Positions 37,700-50,380 of a stretch of 64,000 nucleotides of DNA are shown here, one piece after another. This DNA comes from Octopus bimaculoides (lineage: Eukaryota): contig NC_068987.1 of the NCBI RefSeq assembly GCF_001194135.2, forward strand, positions 24,236,581 to 24,300,580, given 5' to 3'. The notes under the pieces were generated by a model. That model was not told the DNA's origin, searched no databases, and was given only the letters and a program-made list of their open reading frames with translations. The position numbers were made by a program, and so were the translations under genes. Positions within the stretch are counted from its first letter, which is position 1. The number at the start of each line of letters is the position of its first letter.

Positions 37700-38560
37700 G
37701 GCATTTTTTGAGTCGGTTTTTCCCGTGCTGTATTCAAATGACACAGAATTTGAAAAAAATAATAACGAAACGAAAAACCTTGGGTAAGACAACTGGAGGT
37801 TTCTACGGGACAACCTGCTAAGGGCCACTGACCAGATCTGTGGATGGTGCAAAGTCCCCTCTCGACCCAAAATAACATGGTGATGGAACAATGTTGTTGA
37901 CAAGGCTATTAGACAAAAGAAACAAGCTTGGAAGGACTGGAAGAATGGTGGTAGCAGGGAATTGCATCAGACTGCCAAAAGAATTGAGGTATTTCGTGTT
38001 GCAAGACAGTGTGTGAGAGAGAGAACCGTGATATCGTAGGAGAGAAATGTGTCCACATGGATGATGGTTCACTTGCAATAAACAAGGCTGCAGAGAGAGG
38101 TTTGGAGACGCCACTATGAAAAGTTGCTCAATAAAGAGAATGAATGGGAGAAAGACAGTCTGCCGAATGTCGACCCAACAGAGCGACCAGCTATCCGAGT
38201 TGACAGTACCATGGTAGATAAAGCAATTAAGAGTATGAAGACAGGGAAAGCCCCTGGTCTATCAGGAATCGCTGCAGAGATGCTCAAAATATCTGGCAGT
38301 GTCGGCTATAGCCTAGTCTCCCGTATAGTTAAACAGGTGATACACGAAGGAGTCATACCCGATGACTAGTGTAGCAGCACCATAGTCAACTGCTACAAAG
38401 GTAAAGGTGATGCTTTAGATACAAATAATTACAGAGGTATCAAGTTGTTGGAACAGGTAATGAAAGTCACGGAGAGATCATAGCCCAACTAATTAGGGAG
38501 AGAGTCAGTTTAGATGAGATGCAGTTTGGGTTCATGCTAGGGAAAAGAACCACTGATGCT
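37700..38560 (+). mobile_element. RTE-clade LINE, linker and RT N-terminus
   Basis: WWWNNVVDKAI; KAIKSMKTGKAPGLSGIAAEMLK; YKGKGDALDTNNYRGIKLL; QFGFM.GK.TTDA. Confidence 0.88.
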
Positions 38561-39109
38561 GATGAATACCAGCCTGATGACATAGTCAACAAAGGGAGTT
38601 GAAGAAGTAATTAACTGAACCCTCTATCCAAATATTTATTGATCTTGTTCCATTCTTTGTAACAATTTTTATTCTTGTAACTTTTCGTAACTATTATAAA
38701 TGTTATCATTATTATAACTATTCTTCAAATTGAATATTCATTAGGAGCTGCCACACATGCAAGTTTGTTAATATTGTTAGCAACAGTTTGTTTTATGTCA
38801 TGTGTGGTCCAAAAGGCCTTCTTTTCTTCCTCCCATCACACTCCTTTCATGCACTTATCCCCTCTTCCTTCTCCTTCAACGGTATTCTTTTGAACTAGTG
38901 TATACGAAGGCTGTCTTTCGTCTTATATTTTTGCCAAATAATGCCTATGAATGGGACCAGCGAATTTCTTCATGGAACTGGGTTTTATGTTCAGATAATT
39001 GATGCCTGCCAATCTAATAGAACATGTGTACAATATATCAGGCATTAAACCAAATACGCTTTGTGTGTACCTTATATATATGTATATGATGTATGTTTAT
39101 GAAAAGATG

Positions 39110-39432
39110 GGAAAGGTGATTAGGTAAGTGAGGCAAAATGAGTAAATTCTGACTTCTTTTCTCCTTACCTGTTTGAACCTATTGCATTGCAGCATCATTT
39201 TGCACTGTTGCATCATCTTCAGAAGTAAAAATTGGTCAGCATAGTTGTTATTGAAGTTGAGAGAGCTTGAAACATAGTCAGCTGACAGGTGCATTTTTTT
39301 CAAGAAATTTTTCTTCAGCTTTGACCTGATTGTAATTAAAATTGCTAATAAAATATCTGGATAATTTTTGACGTTTAACAATCAACATTCATTTGTCTTT
39401 TGGATGCCAAATCAATTTTTTCCCACGCTAAT
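39110..39432 (-). mobile_element. Partial copy of the 2842-3732 repeat
   Basis: Reverse complement matches 3400-3720. Confidence 0.7.
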
Positions 39433-40250
39433 GAGTAATGTGCGTGTGCATACCCGACAGAGTGTAAGTATCTTGAAAGAAAAGTTGAACATAAGAAGCA
39501 TCAGCTGTGGTGTGCAAGAGAGACGATTGCGCTGGTATGGACATGTGGCGAGAATGGACGAGGATAGCTGCGTGAAAAAGTGCCACACCCTAACAGTTGC
39601 GGGAACCCGTGGAAGAGGTAGGCCCAGGTAGACCTGGGCTAAGGTGGTGAGGCAAGACCTGCGAACATTGGGCCTCACCGAGGCGATGACTTCTGACCAA
39701 GACCTTTGGAAATATGCTGTGCGTGAGAAGACCCGGCAAGCCAAGTGAGACCTAAATCCAAGGCCTCTGCCAGCCCACTTATGCATACCTTTCCTTCTTT
39801 GGACACTAAACTTTGCTTGCGAAGACCTGTTGAGGCAAGCGAAATTGAAACCGAACTAAATTCGACGACTGGCACCCATGCCAACGTCGTCTCCTTCATT
39901 GGACATGAAATTCAGCTTGCGAAGACTTATTGGAGCAAGCGAAAGCAAAATCGGGATGGTACCTGTGCCTGGCATCACCTTTCTGGCACTTGTGCCCATG
40001 GCATGTGTAATGGACTTTCAAGCAAAATCGTTGCCAGTGCCCCTGGACTGGCTCTTGTGCGGGTGGCACGTAAAAGCACCCACTACACTCTCAGAGTGGT
40101 TGGCGTTAGGAAGGGCATCCAGCTGTAGAAACTCTGCCAAATCAGATTGGAGCCTGGTGTAGCCATCTGGTTTCACCAGTCCTCAGTCAAATCGTCCAAC
40201 CCATGCTAGCATGGAAAGCCGACGTTAAACGAGGATGATGATGATGAATG
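39433..40250 (+). mobile_element. RTE-clade LINE 3' end with 3' UTR and (gat)n tail
   Basis: RRLRWYGHVARMDED...RGRGRPR; tail ggaagggcatccagctgtagaaac...catgctagcatggaaagccgacgttaaacgaggatgatgatgatg. Confidence 0.85.
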
Positions 40251-40289
40251 TCTGATTTGTTCATTTTCAATTTTCAAAAAAGTTATGTC

Positions 40290-41120
40290 TAAAGTGAGGC
40301 AAAATAGATAATGACTAATTTTAACAACTACTTCTGTTTAATAAGCATAGTGCATAAACATATCAGGAAGAGAGGCACTCCAGCAGATCATGAAGAAACT
40401 ATAGAGAAAGCTTGTGACATGATACCTAAAGGTGTATCAACCTATCATGCTGCAACTACAACTAATGTCCCATATGAGAAACTTCAAAGACGAGTCAACA
40501 GTATCTACCACTCTGAATGAATTGACAATGGACGTTTTGTTCGTGTGATTTCGAAGAAAGAGGAGGAAGACAGTCAATACACTCTTGCTTTCATCTAGGT
40601 TAGTTTGGCCATGTGGAACACAGGAAATTCAGAAAATAGATGTATCTAGACACAGCTGAGAAAAAAAAACCGTTTTAAAGAATAATGGACTGTGGGAAAA
40701 ACTGCTTGACCAAGGCTCACAAGGAGAACCTTTCGACAGAAACACTAGCAAAGTTTTTTTATGCTGGTAGAAGATGTTTTTTAAGAAGCTGAAATTTCTA
40801 ATGACCCAAATACTGGTAGACGGAACTTTAAAGCTTAAAGTGACTTTAATACAAACCCAGCTCAACGAAAACTTTAATTCACTATCGATTTTTCTGATGT
40901 CTAAGGATAGATGTTGATGTGCGAGTGTTTTTTCAAATGTAATTCAGGAAAAGTAAAAAGGCAAATTTATTTTACATTGTCATACTCATTTTGCCCCACT
41001 TAATCTCTCTTTTGTATGCTCAAAGAGTTTTCTGAAAGTGTTCTGAAGATGTTATAGTTTTTAATGCATTCAGAGAAGGTCGTTTGTAAAATGCAGTATT
41101 ACTCATTGTGCCCCGCACAT
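40290..41120 (+). mobile_element. Internally deleted pogo/Fot1-like element
   Basis: HTH_psq-like EKACDMIPKGVSTYHAA...VPYEKLQRR; inverted ends gtgaggcaaaat / cattgtgccccgcac. Confidence 0.65.
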
Positions 41121-41650
41121 CTCCTACAGAAAAGTGAGAACAATAACAAACTATGTCGTTGGAGTGGAACACGAGATAAAAACATGGAACAAGAGTGGAT
41201 GAAAAAATAATAGAAGGGGAAGAGTTTGAAAGAGCTAGAATAAAAATAGAGTCCCTGAAAATTAGATTAACTTTGGTATTTCAATGAACATCAAAGAGCA
41301 TGAAGAGGTAAAAGAAAACGGGATTTGTAGGGAACAGACATGGTGTAGATGAAATAGAAATGTAAATAGGAGAGGTTTTATATAAATGCAGAAATATATT
41401 AATGTATTATATAAATGTAGAAATATATTAAATCTATAGATGATACTTACATAATGAAATGAGTGATGTACTGAAGTAGCGATGAGGACATTGGTAAATT
41501 CAGCAGAACTTTCAACTACTTCTTACAAGACATCTTAAATTTCTTCTTCTGGTTATTAAATAATCAATTTTTTATGTTAATTTGTGATTACTAGTACAGT
41601 CTAAATAAGTTAATAGAAAGAATACTATATCTACAATATTTATAAATATA

Positions 41651-41680
41651 ATGGCGAGTGAAGGTAGACATACCGGAAGT
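41651..41680. promoter_or_regulatory. YY1-core plus ETS (CCGGAAGT) candidate promoter between divergent ZNF paralogs
   Basis: atggcg 41651-41656, ccggaagt 41673-41680. Confidence 0.35.
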
Positions 41681-42116
41681 CACTGATAACGTTCGAAGAA
41701 TGGACTTCCAATCACTGGAGAGTTCTTTACAAATTGTGGTGATTGTGTTTTTAGTGTCCTAACATTTATCAAGTATTCTCTCGTCTTTACCATCTATATT
41801 AAAACAAATTAAATTTTCCACTTTGTCCTTTTTTTATTCCTCTTGTTTAATCCCAAGTCAGCCCTGATCCAGTGTTTTCATAAAGGACAGTTGATTGGCA
41901 GATTGTTCGTCTAGGAACTAAAGATAGGAGAGTCAATCTACCAGCTATTTTCATTCAATTTTCAGATAGTGTATATTGAGGACGGAATTAATCTGTGTGC
42001 ACCCTTGATGCTGTTTATTTCTACGTCTGATGCAATAGACTTAAGTTCAAAAATGCCAAATGTAGACCACGTGTATTTGTTTACGTTTATGAACAAGATT
42101 GTCGCTTGCCATAAAG

Positions 42117-42866
42117 AATTTTTATTTTTTACTTATGTAGGGGCGGGGTATTTTGAAGTCGGCGCAAAAGCGAAAGAGAGAGACTGACAGACAGAGAGAG
42201 AAAGAGCGATTGAATCAGGGAAGTTATCTTTCGAAGTCTGCGTAAAGCCGAGGAATTGATGTGTGTGTTTGATGGGATGTACGAAACAGAAAGTGTGGCG
42301 TATATGTGAAGTTGTTTTGTTAGTGTGTTTGAAGAGACAGAGAGAGCAGTGGTGCTGGAGTGTGTGTGTGTGATGGAAGAGAGAGAGATAACTGAAATTT
42401 ATTCACTTTTGTAGAGAGTAGTTGACAGAAAAAAGAGAGAGAAAGAGGTTATGTATGTATGAATTTATGTATATGTGAATGGCTTCAGTGACATGCACAC
42501 ACACACACATACGTTCATACACCTATTGCATACATGTTTTTTGTACGCATACATGTTCATGTGCGTGTGTATTTACATTTTTAGTGAGTGATTGATAGAG
42601 AAAGAGAGAGGGGGGGTTGTTACGCATGTATGTATGTAAGTGTGAATGGCTTCAGTCACACACACACGCAAAAATACATACGTACGTACACCTATTGCAT
42701 ACATGTTTTTTGTACGCATACATGTTCATGTGCGTGTAAGGGAGAGAGAGAGGGGGGTATTATTTTTGTTTCTGCTTGTTGTTTCTCTCTTCCTCTCTCT
42801 CTCAAATACATACACATCAATTCCTCTGCTTCACGTGAACTTCAAAAGATAACTTCCTTGATCCAA

Positions 42867-42906
<40 letters not shown>

Positions 42907-42957
42907 GCTTTTACGCGCCACCTTCAAGACTTCCCCACATAAGTAAAAAATAAAATT
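42117..42957. repeat. Diverged inverted repeat (~150-170 nt arms) enclosing a ~130-nt direct repeat
   Basis: 42117-42270 is the reverse complement of ~42805-42957; 42440-42567 is similar to 42600-42738. Confidence 0.85.
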
Positions 42958-44517
42958 AATTAATTTAAAAAATACTAGAAAAGAGGGCTGAGTTAAATAG
43001 AATTAAAATAAAATACATTTCTTGCAAACTAGAGAAATCTGTGGTTACTTATCATGCTCGAAATAGTAGCCAATTCTTCTTTGTCACAATCTTAGGTTAT
43101 TTATAACAGGACACATATCACTGAAAAAAAAAAGGGAACGATCTTGACAGGAATTAGTTTTGATTTTATAGTTGTGCTATATGGAAGACTTTTGATTTTA
43201 AACCTGTTGGAACGCAGTAGAATTATTGCTCTAAACAACAACTATGTTGAAGATCGTCTATAAATTTATTGGGCAAAACATGAAGACGAAGTAACTAGAG
43301 ATGCCCTGAAATAGTGAGATTTGAGAGTGAATGAGAGGATGTTTCCTGGGGCTAAATAACAGTGCTACAGAGTTTTCTTTCTATGTAATAATTTATTCGG
43401 TCGCGATTCCAAGTTTCTCACATGAATTTCGAAGGAGCAAAAAAATAATAAAATAAATAAATAAATAAATATACAACGCAATGCTCTAACTTTAAACAGA
43501 TCCTTTCAATTTTACTGCATTTACTTTTACCGACGCTCTTCTACACACTTTCTCTGATACAAGTTCTGAATATCTACTATATAGAACTCTCTATTAGTTA
43601 GAGGTAGGGTTTTACCACACAAGTACTGACGCTTTCGATATGTCAACTTCAGTCTTCTCTGTATTTATAAATTGTATAGATATTTTATTTTTTGTTTACA
43701 TATATTTATACTTTGTTAGTAATAACTAATTAACTGCTGTGATTAACTTAAGAGATTGTTCATTAACCAAACAAAGACAATAGAGATATCTTGTAAAAAG
43801 TAGTTCTGTCTATTAATTTCAAGTTTTGCCGTTTCAGTACATCTTTCTGTCATCTTATAACTACATTGCTTTGTAAGTAATATTTATATATAATTTACAG
43901 TTCTTTTATACTAAACTTCTTTTATATTTACATTTCTACGTCAGTTACATCATTCCTGCTCCCTGTTGTTTTATGTTTTATCTCCTCATGTTTACTTCAT
44001 TCTCTAATTTTTTGCTTTTAAAATTTAGTTGTTTTTATTTAAGGATTTGTTTTCATTTCTTTTAATTCTGTTTTCTCTTTGTTTTATAATCATACATCAG
44101 ACATTTGCATGTCAACGAGAAATTCAAAAGTGCAATCAATTGATTACTACATTCCATAATATCAAATTTGTCTTTGTTTAATATTTGCATTAGCTACGGG
44201 AAAAAAAATACCAGTGGAGAGTAGGGTATAATGGATAAGTGGGACATAATGAGTCATTTGCCAGATTTCCATCATTTTTTGTCAACTCCAAACCAGAAAG
44301 TATGATGTAGCAGCTATTATGGATTGTATCATCCCTCCTGCTATTAATATAAATGTATCTTCCTGTTGACTCCTTTTCAAGTTCCTCAGTCACTAGACCA
44401 ACCAACTTTTCATTGTCAAGTAAAACTTCGCGGCACTGCAAGAAGTATTGCAAATTTGAATTTCTTGTACCATAAGTATGTTCGGAGTATCCTATGTTAT
44501 GTCGGATAAAGGAAATC

Positions 44518-44680
44518 ATCATCATCATCGTTTAACGTCCGCTTTCCATGCTAGCATGGGTTGGACGACTTGACTGAGGACTGGTGAAACCGGATGGCAA
44601 CACCAGGCTCCAATCTAAATTTGGCAGTTTCTACAGCTGGATGCCCTTCCTAACGCCAACCACTCAGAGAGTGTAGTGAA
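44518..44680 (-). mobile_element. RTE 3' tail copy
   Basis: Reverse complement of 40090-40250. Confidence 0.8.
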
Positions 44681-44719
44681 ATATCATTGGAAATTCTGAA
44701 ATTCAAGGTAATTCAAAAA

Positions 44720-45835
44720 TGAGGTATAATGGACCACTTAAGATATAGCGCATACGTTTCTATAAATAGAAGAAAAGAAGACTTAAGTCTTCCACAACCT
44801 ACACATTTGTGCCAGTATCTGAACGTGTTTCAGCAGCATTGTTTCATGTAATTAGTGATATTTACACAGAATCAAAGGGTGGTAAGGTGATTACATCGTT
44901 ATTCCAGGAGGCAAAACGGAAGTAAAAATAAGTCATTCATCTTGTTATGATAATGTGTTTCATGGAAAATATGCTCTCTCAAATGACAATCTCATTGGAG
45001 ACTTCCATGGAGTAGGCCTCTGGCCTGTAGATTGAGCTGCTGTTAATGACAAGTTGGCATCCTTCAAGAGCCAGAGCACAGGCTTTCTTCAAGTTTCACT
45101 GAATCATCATTTAATTGCTTGAAAAAGCTATTATATGAAGCAAACAATTTAAGCCATTGCCCCTGAAAAATCAGCTGAAACCAGAATTAGAGTCACTGAC
45201 TCTAACGAGAAGAGGCAGTGTGTCCAAACTTCCTATGGAAGCCCTAACATTTATGAGGTTGTCAAGTGGTTTAAGATTGAGGCAGAAGAGTATGCAGCAA
45301 AACATGCACCAAAAAAGCATTGGAAGTCTAAGAGTGGAAAGAAGGAGGGTCACTTGTTACAAAATGGCAGAAAACATGTAGTGCAGAGTGTTACAATAGT
45401 GATAATGGCCATGATAGTGTAAATTATTTGAAAGATGAGGATGCTGAGTGCTCCATCTGTAAGAGATTCTGGAGCAGATACAAAGGCAGGAAGAATGAAG
45501 TTTGGTTGCTGTGTGACCTTTGTGATGATTATGTCTACCCATATATATTCAAAGAGCAACAGATGTTAACTAAGATTTCTGTGAGAAGTGTACAGCTTAA
45601 CCTGGACTACATGTGCTATATGGAAGACTTTGTTGTGATTGATTTAACATTCAAAGTGACTGTTGTTCTGTAAACATGGTGGTTGTTTTTTTTATATTTT
45701 GTTGAAAATTGAATTTATTTAACTTGGTTAGATTAAGAGTTTTTTAGTCCTGTGTTTGTGCTTGTTTGCTATCTACTATCGTGTACTCAGTATATTTTAT
45801 TGTGTCAACAGTACCAGTGAGGTTGCCTTGTACCC
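44720..45835 (+). mobile_element. pogo/Fot1-like DDE element relic with C-terminal PHD-like finger
   Basis: ECSICKRFW...VWLLCDLCDDYVYP; ends gaggtataatggaccac / gttgccttgtacccc. Confidence 0.55.
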
Positions 45836-45889
45836 CATAAGGTTAAGACTCCTCACTACTCTGTCATTTCCATTTATCTGAGGCATAAG

Positions 45890-46105
45890 AAAGTAGTATC
45901 CTCACAAACACAGGAAAATATGGAAGAAAAATCACATCCTTGTGATAAATGTGGCAAGTTATACATAACTAGAAAGAATTTAATTCAACATAAATTAAGC
46001 CACTCAGTCTCCAAATTGTACCACTGTGAAGTCTGTGATAAAAGATTTACTAGAAACAGTTTGTTAACATGCCACAAACGTATTCACACAAGAAAGAAAC
46101 TGTCA
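45890..46105 (+). pseudogene. Near-identical copy of the first two fingers of the 47222 gene
   Basis: About 5 substitutions versus ~47227-47440; ORF 45920-46114 MEEKSHPCDKC...HKRIH. Confidence 0.85.
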
Positions 46106-46268
46106 GAAGAATGAGTGTGAGTGAAGAGTGTAAGAGCATGAAGGAAGAAACAGAGGTGTGGGTAGTGGTCAGTAGACGGATGGAAGTTACATGATTGTTT
46201 AGAAAAGAAATTAGTGGCAGCTACATAATTATTAGTGTGGGAGATTAATTGTATGGTGATGATGATGA

Positions 46269-46313
<45 letters not shown>

Positions 46314-47221
46314 ACTCTCCTGTCAGTTTTGACGTATAAGGATCTGACTACCTACACTTTCTTTGTCAGTTATGATTATGTTGAATGTAACATTTGAGTC
46401 TTGTCAATGATTTGCAAAGAAGCTTGCAGCTGTTGCAAGTATGAGGATTATGGGTAAGTGCAGGTGGTATATTTGCAGCTGCTTTTCTCCTTTGGCTTGC
46501 ACCCCTCTTAATGCTGGGTGTAACAAAGTCTCTTATACCATTTTGCCATGACACATACATGCATGCATGTGTGTGTGTGTATAAAAATGAGGATTTATCT
46601 AGGGGAAATAACTAATGTAAGTGAATTTCAATACAGGGTGGAATGTTTCAGTGTAAAAGAGGAATCAGTTTTCAAGACTGTCTTCATTCTAAGATTCATG
46701 ACTATAGTCCTTACCCAGATTCACCAGAACTCTATACCAGAATGTCTTTTCTCTGTAAACATTTTCTGACTCTTCCTTGCCATTCTAACTTTCAGTATAT
46801 GTGGTCAAATATTTTCTCTCCAGTAATCATAATTTTGCTGTCTCTTATGTCTTGTGTTCTTTTTAATTTCAGGTTATCTGCTGATATTGAGATAAAAATC
46901 TTACACTAAAGATGATCAACATATTTATCAACATATGAAAACTGATGCTAGCTGTATTTGCAGTGTTTGGTTGAATGTGTGTCACATTGTTTGCAAAAAT
47001 TCTTACACAAATGTATAACAATTAAACTTGGAAGATTGACCATGAAATTTTAGCTGTATGTACTTTCGTAGCTGTACTTTCTTCTTAATTGAAGCAAATT
47101 TCACAATCCTATAGTTACTGATTATTAATTACAAAATAAATCCACTTGCAGTTTCTTAATAAAAACCACCATGCTTTAAATACAACCAGCACAAAAAGAA
47201 TGTATAGATTAAAACAAAGTT

Positions 47222-48526
47222 ATGAATAAGAAAGTAGTATCCTCACAGACACAGGAAAATATGGAAGAAAAATCACATCCTTGTGATATATGTGGCAAGT
47301 TATACATAACTAGAAAGAATTTAATTCAACATAAATTAAGCCACTCAGTCTCCAAATTGTACCACTGTGAAGTCTGCGATAAAAGATTTACTAGAAACAG
47401 TTTGTTAACACGCCACAAACATATTCACACAGGAGAGAGACCATATCATTGTGATATCTGTGGCGAAAGATTTTCTAGAAGTAGCAATTTGTCTCGACAC
47501 AAACTTATTCATACTGGAGAGAAACTACACCACTGTGATATTTGTGGTAAGACATTCTCTGATAGTGGTATATTGTCTTCCCATAAACGTGTTCATACAG
47601 GAGAGAAACCATATCCCTGTAATATTTGTGGTAAAGCATTCTCTCAGAGTAATGTCCTATCTACCCACAAACGTATCCATACTGGAGAGAAACCATACCT
47701 TTGCAATATTTGTGGTAAAACATTTTCCCAAAGTGGTAGTTTGTCTTCCCACAAACATATTCACACAGGAGAGAAACCCTATCAGTGTAATATTTGTGGT
47801 AAAACATTCTCTAGAAACAGTAACCTATATTCTCACAAACGTAATCACACTGGTGATAACCCATATAAATGTGATGTTTGTGGCAACACATTTTCTCTAA
47901 GTCGTGACTTATCTTCCCACAAACGTATTCACACAGGAGAGAAACCATATCACTGTGATATCTGTGGTAAAACATTCTCTCAAAGTGGTAATTTATCTCA
48001 ACACAAGCATATCCACACAGGAGAGAAACCATACCATTGTAATATTTGTGGTAAAACATTCTCTCAGAAAGGTAATTTATATCAACACAAACTTATCCAC
48101 ACAGGTGAGAAACCATACCACTGTGATATCTGTGGTAAAAGATTCTCTCAGAATGCTATTTTATCTAAACACAAACGTATTCATACAGGTGAGAAACCAT
48201 ATGAGTGTGATGTCTGTAGTAAAGCATTCTCTAACAATAGTAGTGTGTCTCGGCACAAACGTATTCACACAGGAGAGAAACCATTCTACTGTGATATATG
48301 TGGTAAAACTTTCACTCGGAGTGGTAGTTTAGCAACCCATCAATATGTTCACATTGGAGAGAAACCATATCACTGTGATATCTGTGGTCAAACATTTTCT
48401 ACAAATAGAAATATATTAAGTCACAAACGTATCCACACAGGTGAAAAACCATATCACTGCCATATCTGTGGCAAAACATTCTCTAACAGTGGTACTTTAT
48501 CTCGACATAAACATATTCATATGTGA
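47222..48526 (+). CDS. C2H2 zinc-finger protein, 434 aa; 15 fingers
   Basis: ATG-initiated ORF with tandem fingers and TGEKP linkers; N-terminus paralogous to the 30827 gene. Confidence 0.95.
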   Translation: MNKKVVSSQTQENMEEKSHPCDICGKLYITRKNLIQHKLSHSVSKLYHCEVCDKRFTRNSLLTRHKHIHTGERPYHCDICGERFSRSSNLSRHKLIHTGEKLHHCDICGKTFSDSGILSSHKRVHTGEKPYPCNICGKAFSQSNVLSTHKRIHTGEKPYLCNICGKTFSQSGSLSSHKHIHTGEKPYQCNICGKTFSRNSNLYSHKRNHTGDNPYKCDVCGNTFSLSRDLSSHKRIHTGEKPYHCDICGKTFSQSGNLSQHKHIHTGEKPYHCNICGKTFSQKGNLYQHKLIHTGEKPYHCDICGKRFSQNAILSKHKRIHTGEKPYECDVCSKAFSNNSSVSRHKRIHTGEKPFYCDICGKTFTRSGSLATHQYVHIGEKPYHCDICGQTFSTNRNILSHKRIHTGEKPYHCHICGKTFSNSGTLSRHKHIHM

Positions 48527-49049
48527 GAGAAATATACAACCAATTTTACAGTATATTTTCTGGAAATGATTAATTACCTAGACCATGTTATGTTAAATCA
48601 AGAAGAAATCACTGATATTTGAGGTAAAACTTTTCTATGATTCATCCAACATATTTGAATTTATTTATGTACATTTATGGACATTAGTTTGAAATAAATG
48701 ATCAGAAGATTTCCACATGGAATGTAAGTGAGTGTCTTTGAACCAAGATAAACAGTTGTAACTTTGTAAAAATCAAATGCAAATGAATTATATTACTTCT
48801 AGATAATGCTGTTGAGTTAGTGGAAGAACTGAACATCCATAGAGCACAAAACATTTAATATGACACATGTTACAATATTGTTAGGAGTAAAAATAAATAG
48901 AAAAGGCGTAACAATGCAGAAATATATATAAAGTGAGGATGTGTTATCCATTTAATAATTGAGCACTAAGTAGGTGACTCAGTCAAATCTTGAGTGGTGT
49001 AAATATAAATTTGTATTTCTGTATTAAGGAATATTAGTTTTGGTTTGGT

Positions 49050-49275
49050 TACTTATGTTATGCTTCCATGACAGTGGCACTTATCCACAATTATCACATG
49101 ATATCAAGAGAAGGAGACATGCACACAATGAGTTTCTTTCAGTTTCTGTCCACTAGATCCACTCACAAGGCTTTGGTTAGCTTAGGGCTGAAGTAAAAGA
49201 CACTCGACCAAAGTGCCTCATAGTGGGATTGAACCCAAAACTATGTGATTATGAGGCAAACTTCTTTATCCTGCA
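49050..49275 (-). mobile_element. tRNA/CORE-type SINE
   Basis: tttctttcagtttctg...atccactcacaaggctttgg...gggattgaaccc. Confidence 0.7.
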
Positions 49276-50380
49276 GATCCACACATACATATCTCTATTA
49301 CATGCAACAGTAGTAGTATTAGATTAAAACAACCATCTATGTAACATGCTTTATGTAAATTGTTGAATCACAAATTTACTACAGTATTTGAAGGTAATAT
49401 TTCTTATGGATTTACTGTCTTTAAAAACACAATATATATATTGGAAGGAGGCAAAAATCAGACTAGCAGCAGCTAGTAAGAATGCTAGATGCATTTCTGT
49501 TTCGTTGGGCATTGTCATTAGCATACTCAGAGTCAGCCACATGCTTAGACAAAATGTATCACTGCTAATATATAAAGAAACTGAATAAATATTTGTTAAT
49601 GCTGTGAATAACTGCCCTGCTGAATAAAAATGTTATATGTAATAGAAGTAATAGATTAAAACATACATCCTTAAATTATATTTTATGTACATATATTGAA
49701 GAAGGACAAGCTTATTGCAGTATTCTGCAGATATCATCTTTTATGAATATGATGTGTTTATCTTTAGACAAGTATTGTTGTATATTTGCCTTTCAATTAT
49801 GTATTTTTGTTAAGTATGATACATAAATGAAAATATACATATAAAGTTTTAAAACTGAAACAGTACTTGTCTTACTACTTTAGTTTCATGCCACTGTAAT
49901 CTTCATATATGCATATATGAATAACTATGACATAAAACATGAGTGATTGAAACAAGTCCTTAACCATGTTATTCAAGCAAGACCTAAACTATACCCTGAC
50001 AAAGCAGAAGTTGGTAAAGATGAAGTCTGCTATCCTGATCATGCATTTCTTATCATATTAATTCTAATCCAGAATGAGCGCAAGCAGTTATTAAAATGCA
50101 TCAATCAGAAAATAAGCCAAGCATACATAGATATTTGAGAATGGTCATGTATTTTGCAAAATTTATTTCTAATTTTTCAGCACCATTATATCAGCTTGCC
50201 TAAGATGACACCAAATTCACATGCGATGACACACAAGAAGTGTTTTTAAATCATTTTATATATCTTGTTTCTTAAGATGGGAGATGTCAATATACTGAGC
50301 TACTTCCTTTCAATAGTGGGATTTTTTATTATTGTTGTTTATGGGAAGGATTACCTAAATAACAAAGCTTATAAACAAAA

